From assembly GCF_000143415.4 (NCBI RefSeq), contig NW_003314278.1, forward strand, positions 636,371 to 700,370: a stretch of DNA of 64,000 nt, given 5' to 3'. Position 1 is the first letter of the stretch. The number at the start of each line of letters is the position of its first letter. The position numbers were made by a program, and so were the translations under genes. The notes under the pieces were generated by a model, which was given only the letters and a program-made list of their open reading frames with translations, ran no database searches and had not been told where the DNA came from. The DNA is from Selaginella moellendorffii. Lineage: Eukaryota; Plantae; Lycopodiophyta. This document shows, in pieces, positions 37,001 to 48,590 of this stretch.

Positions 37001-40000
37001 TCAAATTCAAAGAGATCAGAATACTCCTTCATGAGCTGGTCAACAACTGCAACACAAAGATCATCGGAGAGATCGGAAAAGGGAAGAGCAGAACAAGATG
37101 GAAACACAAGAGGAAATAGTGGGGGAACAAAAGTAATGGAAGCAGAGGTAGAAGTAGAGGGACGAAGAGGTACGGAAGTGAGAGGAATGGATAAAACATA
37201 AGGAAGTATGAGATAAGGGGGAGAAGCCTCAAAGTCACATTTGGCATGATTGTGCTGCAACCAATCTATACCAAGAATGAGGTCAAAAGCTTGACTCGGC
37301 ACCATCCGCTGCACGACACAAGTGTTGACGACAACGTGTGGCAACAGGTCGAGCAATAGAAGATAAACTCGAACCTGTATCAACCAACACGGAGAGAAGA
37401 ATAGGAGACCTCTTGTTATAAAAACGAGCTTGGAAAGTAAACACTGGATGAACCAGTGCCGAGTGAACCCCTTGATGATACTCCCGAAAGAAAGATGGAG
37501 GGGTCACTAACTTATTCGCGCAAGGTCCCTCCATTACTCGCTCGACTCTTCGTTTCCCGAATGCACCTCGGTATCCAAACCTTCCACCGCAGCAGCACCA
37601 ATGGGATGTTGCTGACGCCAAGGTCTCCACCCAGGAAATGGAGGTCACCAATCCGGAAAGCGCCGACAACGCCGATAAGTATGACCAACTTCATCACACG
37701 CCCAGCAACAAATGTCACGGCCACAACCACGTCCTCGCCCTTGTCCTTGGACTCGAGTAGCAGCAGCATCAACCTCCATGGGAACAGGACCATCACTCAT
37801 AGGAAGTGGAGCTGAAGGACGTGTAGCAAGAAGTGGAAGAGGCAACGTCTCATAACGTTGTGCCAAGTGAAAAGCATCGTCAAGAGTGGCAAGAGCAAGT
37901 GCATGCACAAGTCCGACAAGATCTTGACGAAGTGCTGGCCACAACATTCCTAGCTTGATCCGCTCCGACATATTTGGCTCCACACGAAGCAAAAGACTTT
38001 GGAAACGAACGCCAAATTGCATCACCGACTCAAATGGCCCTTGGCGAAGACGATGCAATTGTTGGAAGGCATCATCACAATCGTCGGCATGTCCGAAGGT
38101 GCGTTTGAAGACGTCTGGAAGAACACTCCAATCGCCACGAGTGGCTGCGCTCAATCCATTATACCACTACAATGCCGTCCCTTGGAGACATGTGGGGAAC
38201 TCACGCAAACGTCAAGCATCATCCCAAGAATTATATGTGGCAATCACCGTGAAGTGATCGAACCAATGGTACACATCATCCCCAGGATTCCCACGAAAGA
38301 ACTCCGGCCGAACGCGAGGATTGGCACCAAGAGCAAGAGGAGTTGTACCATGTGCCGTGAACGCCACCATCAACTGAGTTTAGTTGTTCAGTTGCAAGCG
38401 CATAGCATCAAGCAATTGAACCAACTGCTGCTCTAGAGTCAAAGGAGGAGATTGCGGATCGGCCATGAAGATGAATGAAAAAGAAAGAGCAAAAGAAGAG
38501 AAATGACAAAAAGCTGGAAAGAAATGGTAGATCTAGACAATGCAAAAAGCTAGATCTAAACCAAAATCTTGAAAGGAAAGAACAAAAAAAAGGAAATGGA
38601 AAAAGTTAGATCTAGACAATGCAAAAGCTAGATCTAAACCAAAATCCCAAATCCAAGCACTCCCCAGGGACAATCAAAGGTGCCCCTCACCTCCACCAAT
38701 GTGAGTGCATGGAATATGGAAAGGGAATATAGAAATGTGCATATCAATTAGCCCAAAAACCCTAGCTTATATACAGGAGCGAATGGTCCGGATTGAAACC
38801 AATCCGACGGCTACCAAAATCCCACTACGCTAATATTAGTATACGGCATCATAGCCGTACACTTGGCCCTCACACCACTACACTAATATTAATATAAAAC
38901 ATCACAATTATATACTTAAACTCTTCCTCTCAAAAGGATGGAAGGCAGTTAGAATTCTTTTATTAATGATCTAATATCTAATAGCTAAGATCTAAAGGAA
39001 AATTAGGAAGAGGCATTGGTGTATCTATAGATGGTGTCAGTTGTTTCTGATTTCATTGTATAAAGTGTTTTAATCATTATATATAAACATATAAACAATT
39101 TTTGGATGATTAATTTATTGTATATCATGCCAAAGCTCATAAATTTATGGTCTAACTTGTTACAACACTCAATACAATCCCTTTCACTAAGCAAAGATCA
39201 TATTAAACAAATTATATATTGTAAGATTTGGAAAATGAACTAATATCAAGTCATCCACTTTATACTTTGTAGGTGGAATTTGTAGTGCTATTGTTGTCCC
39301 AATTATACACAATATAAGTATTCAGTAAACTTGACTTGAACTAGTGGAAGAATCCTTGTTAAATACTAAATTTAAGACATAACATCAATAGCTTATAGCA
39401 ATCACAAAGGTACACTTAAGTCCATTGGTAATATTATATCATAACCATATAAGAGTTTATATGATGAAGCATTAACAGAACTTTGTAGCATTATAACATA
39501 CCCATATTAAAGAAACAGCAAATAACCATCTTAGTTCAAATGTTGAAAATCATATGCTCCATATTCCATCCATTTGAAAGTTTGAATAAGTTCTTCCACC
39601 AAACCATTCTATGGATGATAAACACTTATAAATGTATAGCATATCTTTAACCAAGATGTTAAAATATAAAACACTTCAACCATAAATACATAATTATTAT
39701 TCAAGAAAATCTGCTCTTGACAAAAATGTTATAACACCACCCAATTGAGGAGGAAATATCTAATATTAATTGCAGACACACTAGCAATAACATTAACTTT
39801 CACCTAATGAGTCAAGTAGCTAAAAACAATAATGATGTACTTATTATTAATAATTAATTGTTAAAAAAGACTTTATCAAATCAAATGCCACCAATTCAAA
39901 TAAACAAGAAATTACAATTGACTCCAACTGTCCTTTTGCAGCACAAGGGGGAATATTATGAGCTTGGCACCAAATACAACCACACACATACTAGATAATA

Positions 40001-40958
40001 TCATGTTATATCTCCAACCAAAAAAAAGATTTATGTAGCTTCTCAGTCATATGATGATATCTTATATCCCTGCTGAGAATAGCATAGTCATGGTAAAAAT
40101 GGAGAAAACATGGAATAAAGACAAAAAATACCACCATTTGTAAATGATCATCAAGATTTATCCTAACAAAAGAAAGGTCATTTTTAAAGTGATATTGAGA
40201 ATATAAATATTGAAACAGCATGATATAGGATTCTTAAACATGTTACGAAGTCTTCGAATCCATAACTCAACTTTTTTAGCTTCATGAACCTTATTAAGAA
40301 AAAGGTAAATTTTTCTCCACAGCTTATAGACATTAAACATTAAGTACAGCAATCACTATTAGCATGGAATCCTTATCCAAAAATCCACTAATACTGGAAT
40401 TACAAACTTGTCAAGAATAGGAAAAAAGAGTGAAAAAGATAAAAGAGCTTAAGAAAGAGTGTTTACATAAGCCATACAAATACTAGCATTACAAACTTGT
40501 CAAGAATAGGAGAAGAGAGTGAAAAAGATAAAAAAGCTTGAGAAAGAATATTTATATAAGCCATATAACTCTTTAGGTAATGACTAACAATATTATATAT
40601 CTAAAGCTTTAGAGCCCATTGAATTGTATAACCATCTAAGTTTTTTTACTTTAATAATGAAGTAATTGTAGTATGATCACCTTTTAGTAATGTTTAAGAA
40701 TCATGTAAATGTGCATAATGTTTCTTGAAACCCAAAATTGCTACTAAACAATCTTATGTATAAAGTAGTTCATTTCTATTAGTTGTAACATATAGTTGAT
40801 ATATGTAATGAGATGACGCTAATCAAGCACACTTATATTCTTTTTCATCAATACACCCTTAAGACCAATATCAAAAACATTCACACACAAAATAAAAGGT
40901 CAAGTATAATTCAAATATGCCAAAATTAAAAAAGTCGTCAATAACTCTTTGAGATTTA
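34036..40958 (-). mobile_element. Old, heavily mutated copy of gypsy family A (3' LTR plus integrase/RNase H remnants), interrupted by the younger copy
   Basis: Degenerate LTR begins at 34036 and resumes at 38875 (ccactacactaatattaatata). Segment 39400-40958 is an AT-enriched copy of 34830-36290. Confidence 0.75.
34151..38874 (-). mobile_element. Ty3/gypsy non-chromovirus LTR retrotransposon (family A; possibly Selgy lineage), near full length but defective
   Basis: 175-bp TG...CA LTRs at 34151-34325 and 38700-38874 (about 9 differences). PBS at 38683-38698 and PPT (GAGAGGAGGGGATGA) beside the 3' LTR. Order is gag (CxxCxxxxH knuckle), PR (LVDTGSS), RT (FIDD), RH, INT (HHCC, SDNG, GPY), with no chromodomain. 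Contains stops, frameshifts and deletions. Confidence 0.95.
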
Positions 40959-41334
40959 TGCCTACTTCCAATCCTTAGATCAGATAAAAGATGATGCTAA
41001 CAACTTCAACAACCCTCACAATAGTGTAGTATAATCAAAAAGATGATCTACAATTCAATTAAGATATTGCACTTTGCTTAAAATAATCATTTTAATTTCA
41101 TTTTCATTTTTATGTGAATGATCTTTTCATCAAGTGAGTAATTGCTTTTGTAGAATGGGAAGAATAATAAGTTTTTTCATTGATATGTTACTCCATATAA
41201 ACTACTGAAGCACATTGGTAAGGCAATTTATCAAGTGCAGCTGCCAGTTGGGTGCAATTGAGCTTTCGAGGTAGCTCAGGGATGGTTAAGTAATGAAAAA
41301 CCTTAAAAAGTGGCATAGCATAGTTTAAGGAAAT

Positions 41335-43703
41335 TAAATCTTTGCCTTTTTGTGCCAGGTCATAACAACTCTATTAAGACAATTATCTAGACTGCCACTA
41401 CTCTCAAAGAAGTGACTGCAAATGCCCAGTTTGTATTTAATGAAGCCCAAGGATTGTTTGTGTTGGATAATGGGGTGGCTCAAGTCATCGTGAGTTGCAA
41501 GAGCAGCAATTGCTCTGGTGTGAGACTGGACATGCAAGATGATGGAAATCTTGTGCTCAAACACAGCAATAATTCAGTTTTGTGGCAAAGTTTCGACCTC
41601 CCGACTGATACGTTGCTCCAAGATCAGGTTTTCAAAGGCAGGCAAGCCTTGATATCTGGGAGATACAGTTTGCAAATGACTGATGTTTCGGCACAGCTTA
41701 TATTCTTGGCTGCTCCCGAGTTGAAGAATTTAACAAGCTACTGGACGATCCCACAGAATCTGCCTTCATCATCAACTGGCTCAAACAACTCAACTAGCCA
41801 AAGTTCCAGGTTGGTAATGAACTCGAGTGGCATAGTCACCTTCACTGATGCAAGCAACGTCTCAAACTACCAATATTCACTTGACTTCACCTTCGCCAAT
41901 ACAAGAGTGATGAGAATGCTCAAGCTGGAACCCAGTGGAAACCTCCGGATCTACAGCCTTTCAACAGACAACTCCTCGTGGAACATCGTATGGCAGGCAA
42001 TGCTTCTCGAGTGCCAAATCCATGGAGTGTGTGGACCTTTTGGTTTGTGCACATATGCTCCTAGGTCCACCTGCGTGTGCCCTCCTGGTTTTCACTTCAT
42101 CGATCCACAAGACCATCACCAAGGTTGCACTTACGACGTCCCCTTGCAACTTAGCTGCAATGGCTCGAGTAATCACCACGACTGGGTGCGCGTGGACAGA
42201 GCCAGCTACGATGGCAACGATTACGTGAAAGACCTGTCTCCCACTTCTCTGGAGGGATGCAGACGCCGCTGTGACAGAGACTGCGGATGCCTCGGCTTTG
42301 TATACAGAGTTGATCGTCACGGCACCTGTTATACTAAAGGTTCAGCCCCAGGTGTAATCTATAATGGTTTCCAGATTCCCTCCGACGAAATGGCTCCGTC
42401 TCTGGTGTTCCTCAAGGTCTCGACAGCTTCAAGTTTTCAACCCGAAGCTCCTCTTAATCAGCTCTTCTCGACTATCGTAAATGCAACCAATGTCAAGAGC
42501 TATGCCGAGCTGAAACAAGTCCGAGAAGCTTTCAAACTTGTCATTCCTGCGGCCATTGCTGCTGCCGAGCTCTTGTTGTTTCTAGCAGCGGGAGTGATCT
42601 GGTGGCTCTACACCGAGAAAAGGATTAAGCGCTTGTCACAAGCTCTGGACCAAGTTGATGGAGTAGTCACCAAGTTCACGTATCACCAGCTTGAACTAGC
42701 GACTGGCAATTTCAAAGATAAGCTTGGAGCTGGAGCATTTGGCACGGTTTACAAAGGAGTCCTCGCAGACGGTACATCTCTGGTGGCCGTGAAGAGCTTG
42801 ATGATGGCTACTCATGCAGAGAAACAATTCAAGGCCGAGGTTGCAACATTGGGAAAAATCCACCACATCAATCTGGTTCGAATGCTCGGATACTGTGCCG
42901 AAGGAAGCCACAGGCTACTTGTCTACGAGTACATGGCAAATAGTTCCCTGGAAAAAGTCCTGTTTGCAGCGCAAGCTGACCAGGATGGGAAGAATAATGA
43001 AACTCCAGGCCTACAAGCGGATGAAGCGAGCTCCCAGGTACCTCAAACTTTGTGTGAATGGAAAACAAGGTTGGCAATTGCCTTGGGCATCTCAAGAGGA
43101 ATCACTTATCTCCACGAGCAGTGCCAGGAATGCATCATCCACTGCGACATCAAACCTCAAAACATCCTCTTGGACGATAACTTCCGTCCAAAAGTCTCCG
43201 ACTTTGGGCTCGCGAAGCTGATGAAGCGAGAGAGTAGTGCAAACGTTACCACGGCGAGAGGCACTCGAGGATACATGGCGCCGGAGTGGATCAGCAACGT
43301 TGCAATCACTCCAAAGGTGGACGTGTACAGCTTTGGAATGGTTCTGCTCGAGCTGATGAGCGGCCGGGACAAGTTTATGTTCACTCCCTCAGCCATGAAT
43401 AGCGGGCGCTGGTACTTCCCAGTCTGGGCATTTGAGCAGTGCGCAACGGGAAACATGAAATCGACAGCAGATCCGAGGATGGCCGAGACCATCGACTGGG
43501 AGCAGTTCGAAATGGCTCTTCGGGTCGCATTCTGGTGCATCCAGCCGGAACCGGAGTCCAGGCCCAGCATGAGCAGAGTTGTCCAGATGCTCGAGGAGAA
43601 TGCTCCAGTTCCAGCACCACCTCTCCCAAGAATTTTCGAGGATGGTGGTTCAGGCGTGAGTCGAGAGCTAAGTGTGATGTATCCAAGCGAATCAGGCCGC
43701 TGA
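41335..43703 (+). pseudogene. G-type lectin S-domain receptor-like kinase (SD2-like), 5'-damaged
   Basis: B-lectin (MQDDGNLVL, LWQSFDLPTDTLL), EGF-like (CQIHGVCGPFGLC), PAN, TM and an intact non-RD kinase (LGAGAFG, VAVK, IIHCDIKPQN, DFG, GYMAPE). In-frame TAG at 41388-41390 replaces the Trp of TII(W)TA, and no signal peptide is found upstream. Confidence 0.75.
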
Positions 43704-46165
43704 ACAGTGAAATATGATGCATCCAATATCCCACCCTCGGGTATGTGCAACACAAATGGAGTTTTTTTATCACCACAGAGGACCGTCTGCTTTGATCCTT
43801 ACAGATAAGCCAAAAAACCAAAACAAGAGAAGGTTGTGGTGGTGTAGACTAGGTAGAATGAAAGATTACAAGGGCAAGTGAACCAGGACAAGCAGTAGTT
43901 GCGTACCTTGAAAATGCCCTTTGAGGCAAATATTGTACTTTTGTAATGGATATAGAATCTTTGAGTAGCATGACTTTGTAGCTTTGTAAGCACGTCGCCA
44001 ATCAGATACCGAAACAAAAACCAAATTGTCCCTACATTGTGCTTCGTTTGAACAAATGTTCCGAATTCCTCTCTACGATGGCTCAGAGCAGCGTTCTTAC
44101 TAGCAAGGCTTCTCGATTTCCCATGCCACGCACAACTGGAACATGGATGGCCATGGTCGTGGAAGCAAGGAAAATACCTCCTTTTAGAAGGCCTAGGTTC
44201 ACTGAAGGAGAACAAAGCGAGATAATTCAGAGATAATTGATGTAATCCCCAATCAAATCATAAGGCGAAAAGTACTGTGTATTCTTGGCTGCTTCTCTTG
44301 AAGTGCTCGTCCACGGCCTACAACTCGGGGATGTTCTTGAACCAATTCCTAGTCTAACACTTTTGAGCTTCAATGAAGCTCGTGAACATATGGACTGCAG
44401 CAGGATCACAGACCATGTATCGAAATATCCCGTCGGCAACTGACATAGAGTTTCAATCATGCCATCACACATCAAAGTTTGCTTTTGCCTTGTCATTTTT
44501 CGTCCTAGATAAAGTTTGGGTGGTGTAGAGGAAACGCAACGCAACGAAATTCCAACAGCAATGTGAACCAAAACAAGAAGGAATTTCCTGTACGAAAGAT
44601 GCCTCATGTGGGTAAATGGTGTCCACTCATGGTCAAGCTCAACGTCAACTAGATGCTGAACGTGAGACAAATTTTAAACTTTCTTACTAGCATGAACTTG
44701 TTCTTTGATATGCTTAGATGAACCAAAAGCTTTTGCAAGGTTGAAGCTCCAAAGATACACTTCCAGCTCTTTGTAGGGCTGCCACCCATGAGGTGGCAAA
44801 AAGAGAGATTGTTGACTAAAGAAAATTCTGTTGGATATTATTGTATTTTGAATGTTTATTGCATTTTAAAGAATATGTTAAGAATATTCTTTTGTAATAA
44901 ATTAAAATGGAAAATAACTATATATAAAATAATATAATAATAATAATTATACATTATATTATAATTATAAAATATTATAAAATATCAAATATTATTAAAA
45001 CTATTAAAAATTATATATCAATCGATACATATCCTTTTTTGCTTCTCTCTTATTTTCCATAGTCGTGCATGCTTCAATATAAAAGCTAACTTCTCTTTAA
45101 TGTACATATTATAATACTTTGGATACTTCTCCATAAACTCAATTATAACCTTTGCATGAGATGGCATATCATTAAGAGCTTTTGTCATAATAATGTGTTG
45201 AAACTATTGGATAATATTGAGATCACAATCTAGTCCAAAAGCATTAAAAACCCTATGCCAATTAAGAAGTAAAAAATACAATCACTCTCATAGCAACAAT
45301 CATATTTGCCAAAGCTTTTGATTTTTGCAAAGAGGTTGCTTGTAGAAAATATTAGAGGTATTTTCTTATATAAAAAGAAATAATTTAACAAACTTTGCAT
45401 TCAATGTCATCCATGACAATGTTGGATAGTTTATTTTGGAGGATATTCAACAAAGGCTCAAAGGCAAAGCCACTTTTTTACCTACTTCCATTCTTTTGCA
45501 ATAAAATAAACTTTGATCTTTTGCATCAAAATAACTTTGATTTACAATCCCCACTTAAACACTACATTGGTTCATATACAATAGCTATAACATCCTTTAG
45601 CTTAACTTGACCACTTTGAACTTTCTCGTACAACACAAGAGAAATAGATGCAACACTATTGTTGACACTACTTTCTTCTTAAGAATCTTTAGTTTTTCCA
45701 CAATTTTGTCTTCATTTTCTTAGCTTTTGTTCATAAGGGCATAGTGTGATGGATTGTAAATAACAATCCATTTGAGAAATGATTCCTTGGGTTTGAATAG
45801 TGGATGTCCAAATTCAAAACTTTACATATACTTAATTTTTGCCTCTAAAACCTTAGCTAATTCATGACTCAACTAGTATAAAGTGAGCTTGAGAAAATAA
45901 TTCAATTGTTTGAAATATCTAAACACCAACTTAAAGTTTTATAAAATTCATTTACAAAACTAATGCCTGAATAAAATTACTGTATTTCTTCATTAAATCC
46001 TCCAACAGCCCAAAGGGAACCAAGTTTAAAAATTATTCAATAAGTGAACACAAAAAAATTAAAGGAAAAATTTATTTATTCATTATAAAGGTTATCTCTA
46101 GAGAAACTTTGAGATTGGTGATGTATAAATGTTTTTAGAATTAACTTATCCTACTAGTATCTAAA

Positions 46166-46343
46166 TGTACACAACCAAAGAGAAGGACTTGAGAATGATC
46201 TATAAAAATTTAAATATAAAAAGAAAAGGTTTATGAATAAAAGTGTATCTTTTTCTCCAATCAGTTAAAGGTTTTGTGATACTTAAGTTTGAGTTATATT
46301 AGGTTGGGTGACCTGCAAGGAAGTTCAAATTCATGAACTTACA
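46166..46343 (+). mobile_element. Degenerate solo LTR of the Cassandra-type TRIM
   Basis: TG...CA bounded. tgtacacaaccaaagagaaggac...aggttgggtgacctgcaaggaagttcaaattcatgaacttaca matches the reverse complement of 48397-48590 and retains the 5S box C-like core. Confidence 0.7.
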
Positions 46344-47997
46344 TAGAGTGTTTTGTTTGATCTTTACCAATATTAAGATTGTCATCAAAATTATTATTAG
46401 CATATTTTTATATATTTTATAGTCTACTAGAAAAACAACTGGGCCAAGTCTTTCATAACCTTATATTGAATAACAAAGTAGTAAAGTGTATTTGGTGTCT
46501 TATTTGTATTTGGTATTTATCCAAGTTTGCAATAAGGTTTTTTCCTTTCTTTTCTAAAACTTCAACTTCTTCCACACTAGAAAAATTAAGGTTAGAAGCA
46601 AAAAAAAAAAAAGGAAAAAAGAAGAAGAAGAAGTTGGTAAGCTTATTAGATCTAATAAACACCTTTGGTGTTTATCAGGTAATATGCATTCTCCTCTTCC
46701 TTTCTAGCTTTGTCTTCCTGCAAGTTTATTAATATTATCAAATTCTGTCAAAAGTTCTTTTTTGATGGTCGTGAGTTGCCCCTCTTTGAACCAATTTTGC
46801 ATATGCAAGTTCCACATTTCTTACTCCCCTTTTAGCACTATAACAATACCAAGATCTAATTACTAAACTTAGTTTTCCCACTTATAGTTTCTAACTTTGG
46901 TACATTTATGCAACTTCTCATCCCTATACATATAGGTGGACAAGGTAGAGGAAAACCATAGCTCAACAATGGTTGGAATTGCCTTTCACATTAATTTGAA
47001 GTATTTGAAAAATAAAAAAATTAAAGTTTGAAAAGTAAAAATGATGAAAGTGCTGTTTGTATACAAAATGTTGGCTAGTTTTTTACAATATTATATAATT
47101 TTTCCATCTCTTTGGTTTTCTCATTATCCTCTTAGATCTTAGTTTTACTAGACACTAATTGAAGTTATGGCCAAATATGTAAAACACTAAATCCATATTT
47201 GCATTTATTTTAGTACTCCAATACTATTTAATACTTTGATCAATCTAGAGTTCTTTGCCTATTTCCTCAACATAGTGTAAGGAACCAATTCCCTGAGGTG
47301 TCATATGCTAAAAAATCCTTAAAATCACGATTGGAATGATAAAAAGTCTATCAAATGAGAGTTCAAGATTGAGTTTGAGAATGAATTTGAGATTGAGTCC
47401 AAGATTTGAGATCAAATCCAAAATCAAGTCTAACATCAAGGATGTAAGAGGTTCTAAAAATATAATAAAGATAGTAAGGTTAAGAATTCTCTTTAGTGGT
47501 GCTTTCAAACCAAATTAAAGTTGGGGGTTAGTGGGAATGAGCACAGGCTTAAGGAATGCCAAAAAGGCTCTTTACAAACATGCTCAAGGGTAACTTCCAA
47601 TCCCAAAAGGGAAATTGATTGTAGTGCTACCAACTCAAGTGGAGTGGTGCCCCATTTGAGTATTATGAAGTTCATTAGTTTTTACCCTTTCTAGGGGCTT
47701 GGGCCTTTCTTTCGAGATGGATGTGGAGAATTGAAGTACCCATATCAGGTTATTAGGCCACAGTGCTTCCCCCTAGTGTCCCAGATTAAGAGATGTACTT
47801 AAGGCTTAGGATTTAGAGGGTCCCATAAACAAGCCTTGCGTGCTATGGGATGTAAGGCTTGTTTATGGGATGTTATGAACCTAAAAGTTTGGTATGTTTA
47901 ATTGCTTGTTGTAATTGAACTTGAAGTTTAGTCTAAACTAGAGAGGGGGATTGAGAAAGTTTGGGAATCTATAAAGAATTGGTTGACATTTTGTTAC

Positions 47998-48590
47998 TGT
48001 AAGCTCCTAAGTTTGGACTTCCCGGGAGGTCACCCAACCCAGTACTATTCAAACCCAAGGACGCTTAACTCCAACTATCCCAAGACCCTTAACCGATTGA
48101 AAAAGGGGGTGCACTCTTGTTCATGGGCCCTTTCCCTCTATATTTGAACCCCATGGATCGTCTCTCGAGTCGTTCCCTTTGGTTGCTTACAATCCACCAC
48201 GCTTCCCTGCAAGTTCACGCCCTCGTGAACGAGGGCTGAGAGCCGCAACTCTCCTGAGAGCCTCGCTCTCTTGACACTCTACCCCTCGGGTCGAGCCCAG
48301 CGGGAGCAAATTGGACCAGCCAGATGTCAATCAACATGTGGTGTGATTCCCTTAACCAACCAACAGAGTCGGACCCGAGACCTCTCTGATACCAAATGTA
48401 AGCTCCTAAGTTTGGACTTCCCGGGAGGTCATCCAACCCAGTACTATTCAAACCCAAGGACGCTTAACTCCAACTATCCCAAAACCCTTAACCGATTGGA
48501 AAAGGGGGTGCACTCTTGTTCATAGGCCCTTTCCCTTTATATTTGAACCCCATGGACCGTCTCTCGAGTCGTTCCCTTTGGTTGTTTACA
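47998..48590 (-). mobile_element. Cassandra-type TRIM (593 bp) with 5S rRNA-derived sequence in both LTRs
   Basis: 194-bp TG...CA LTRs at 47998-48191 and 48397-48590 differ by 7 transitions. Perfect TSD GTTAC, tRNA-iMet PBS (TGGTATCAGAG), PPT-like GGGAAGCGTGGTGGAT and a 205-bp non-coding interior. Confidence 0.92.
48015..48070 (-). promoter_or_regulatory. 5S rRNA-derived internal control region (A box, IE, C box) in TRIM LTR; second copy at 48414-48469
   Basis: Minus strand AGTTAAGCGTCCTTGGGTTTGAATAGTACTGGGTTGGGTGACCTCCCGGGAAGTCC versus recalled plant 5S AGTTAAGCGTGCTTGGGCGAGAGTAGTACTAGGATGGGTGACCTCCTGGGAAGTCC. Confidence 0.88.

Noticed and set aside
45200-45760. Possible DNA-transposon remnant
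   Set aside because: Too degenerate; no terminal repeats or transposase motif could be supported.
48015-48469. 5S rRNA genes
   Set aside because: Only about 56 nt of the ~120-nt 5S is present, without the 5' portion or terminal stem, and it is embedded in LTRs. It is TRIM-borne, not rDNA.
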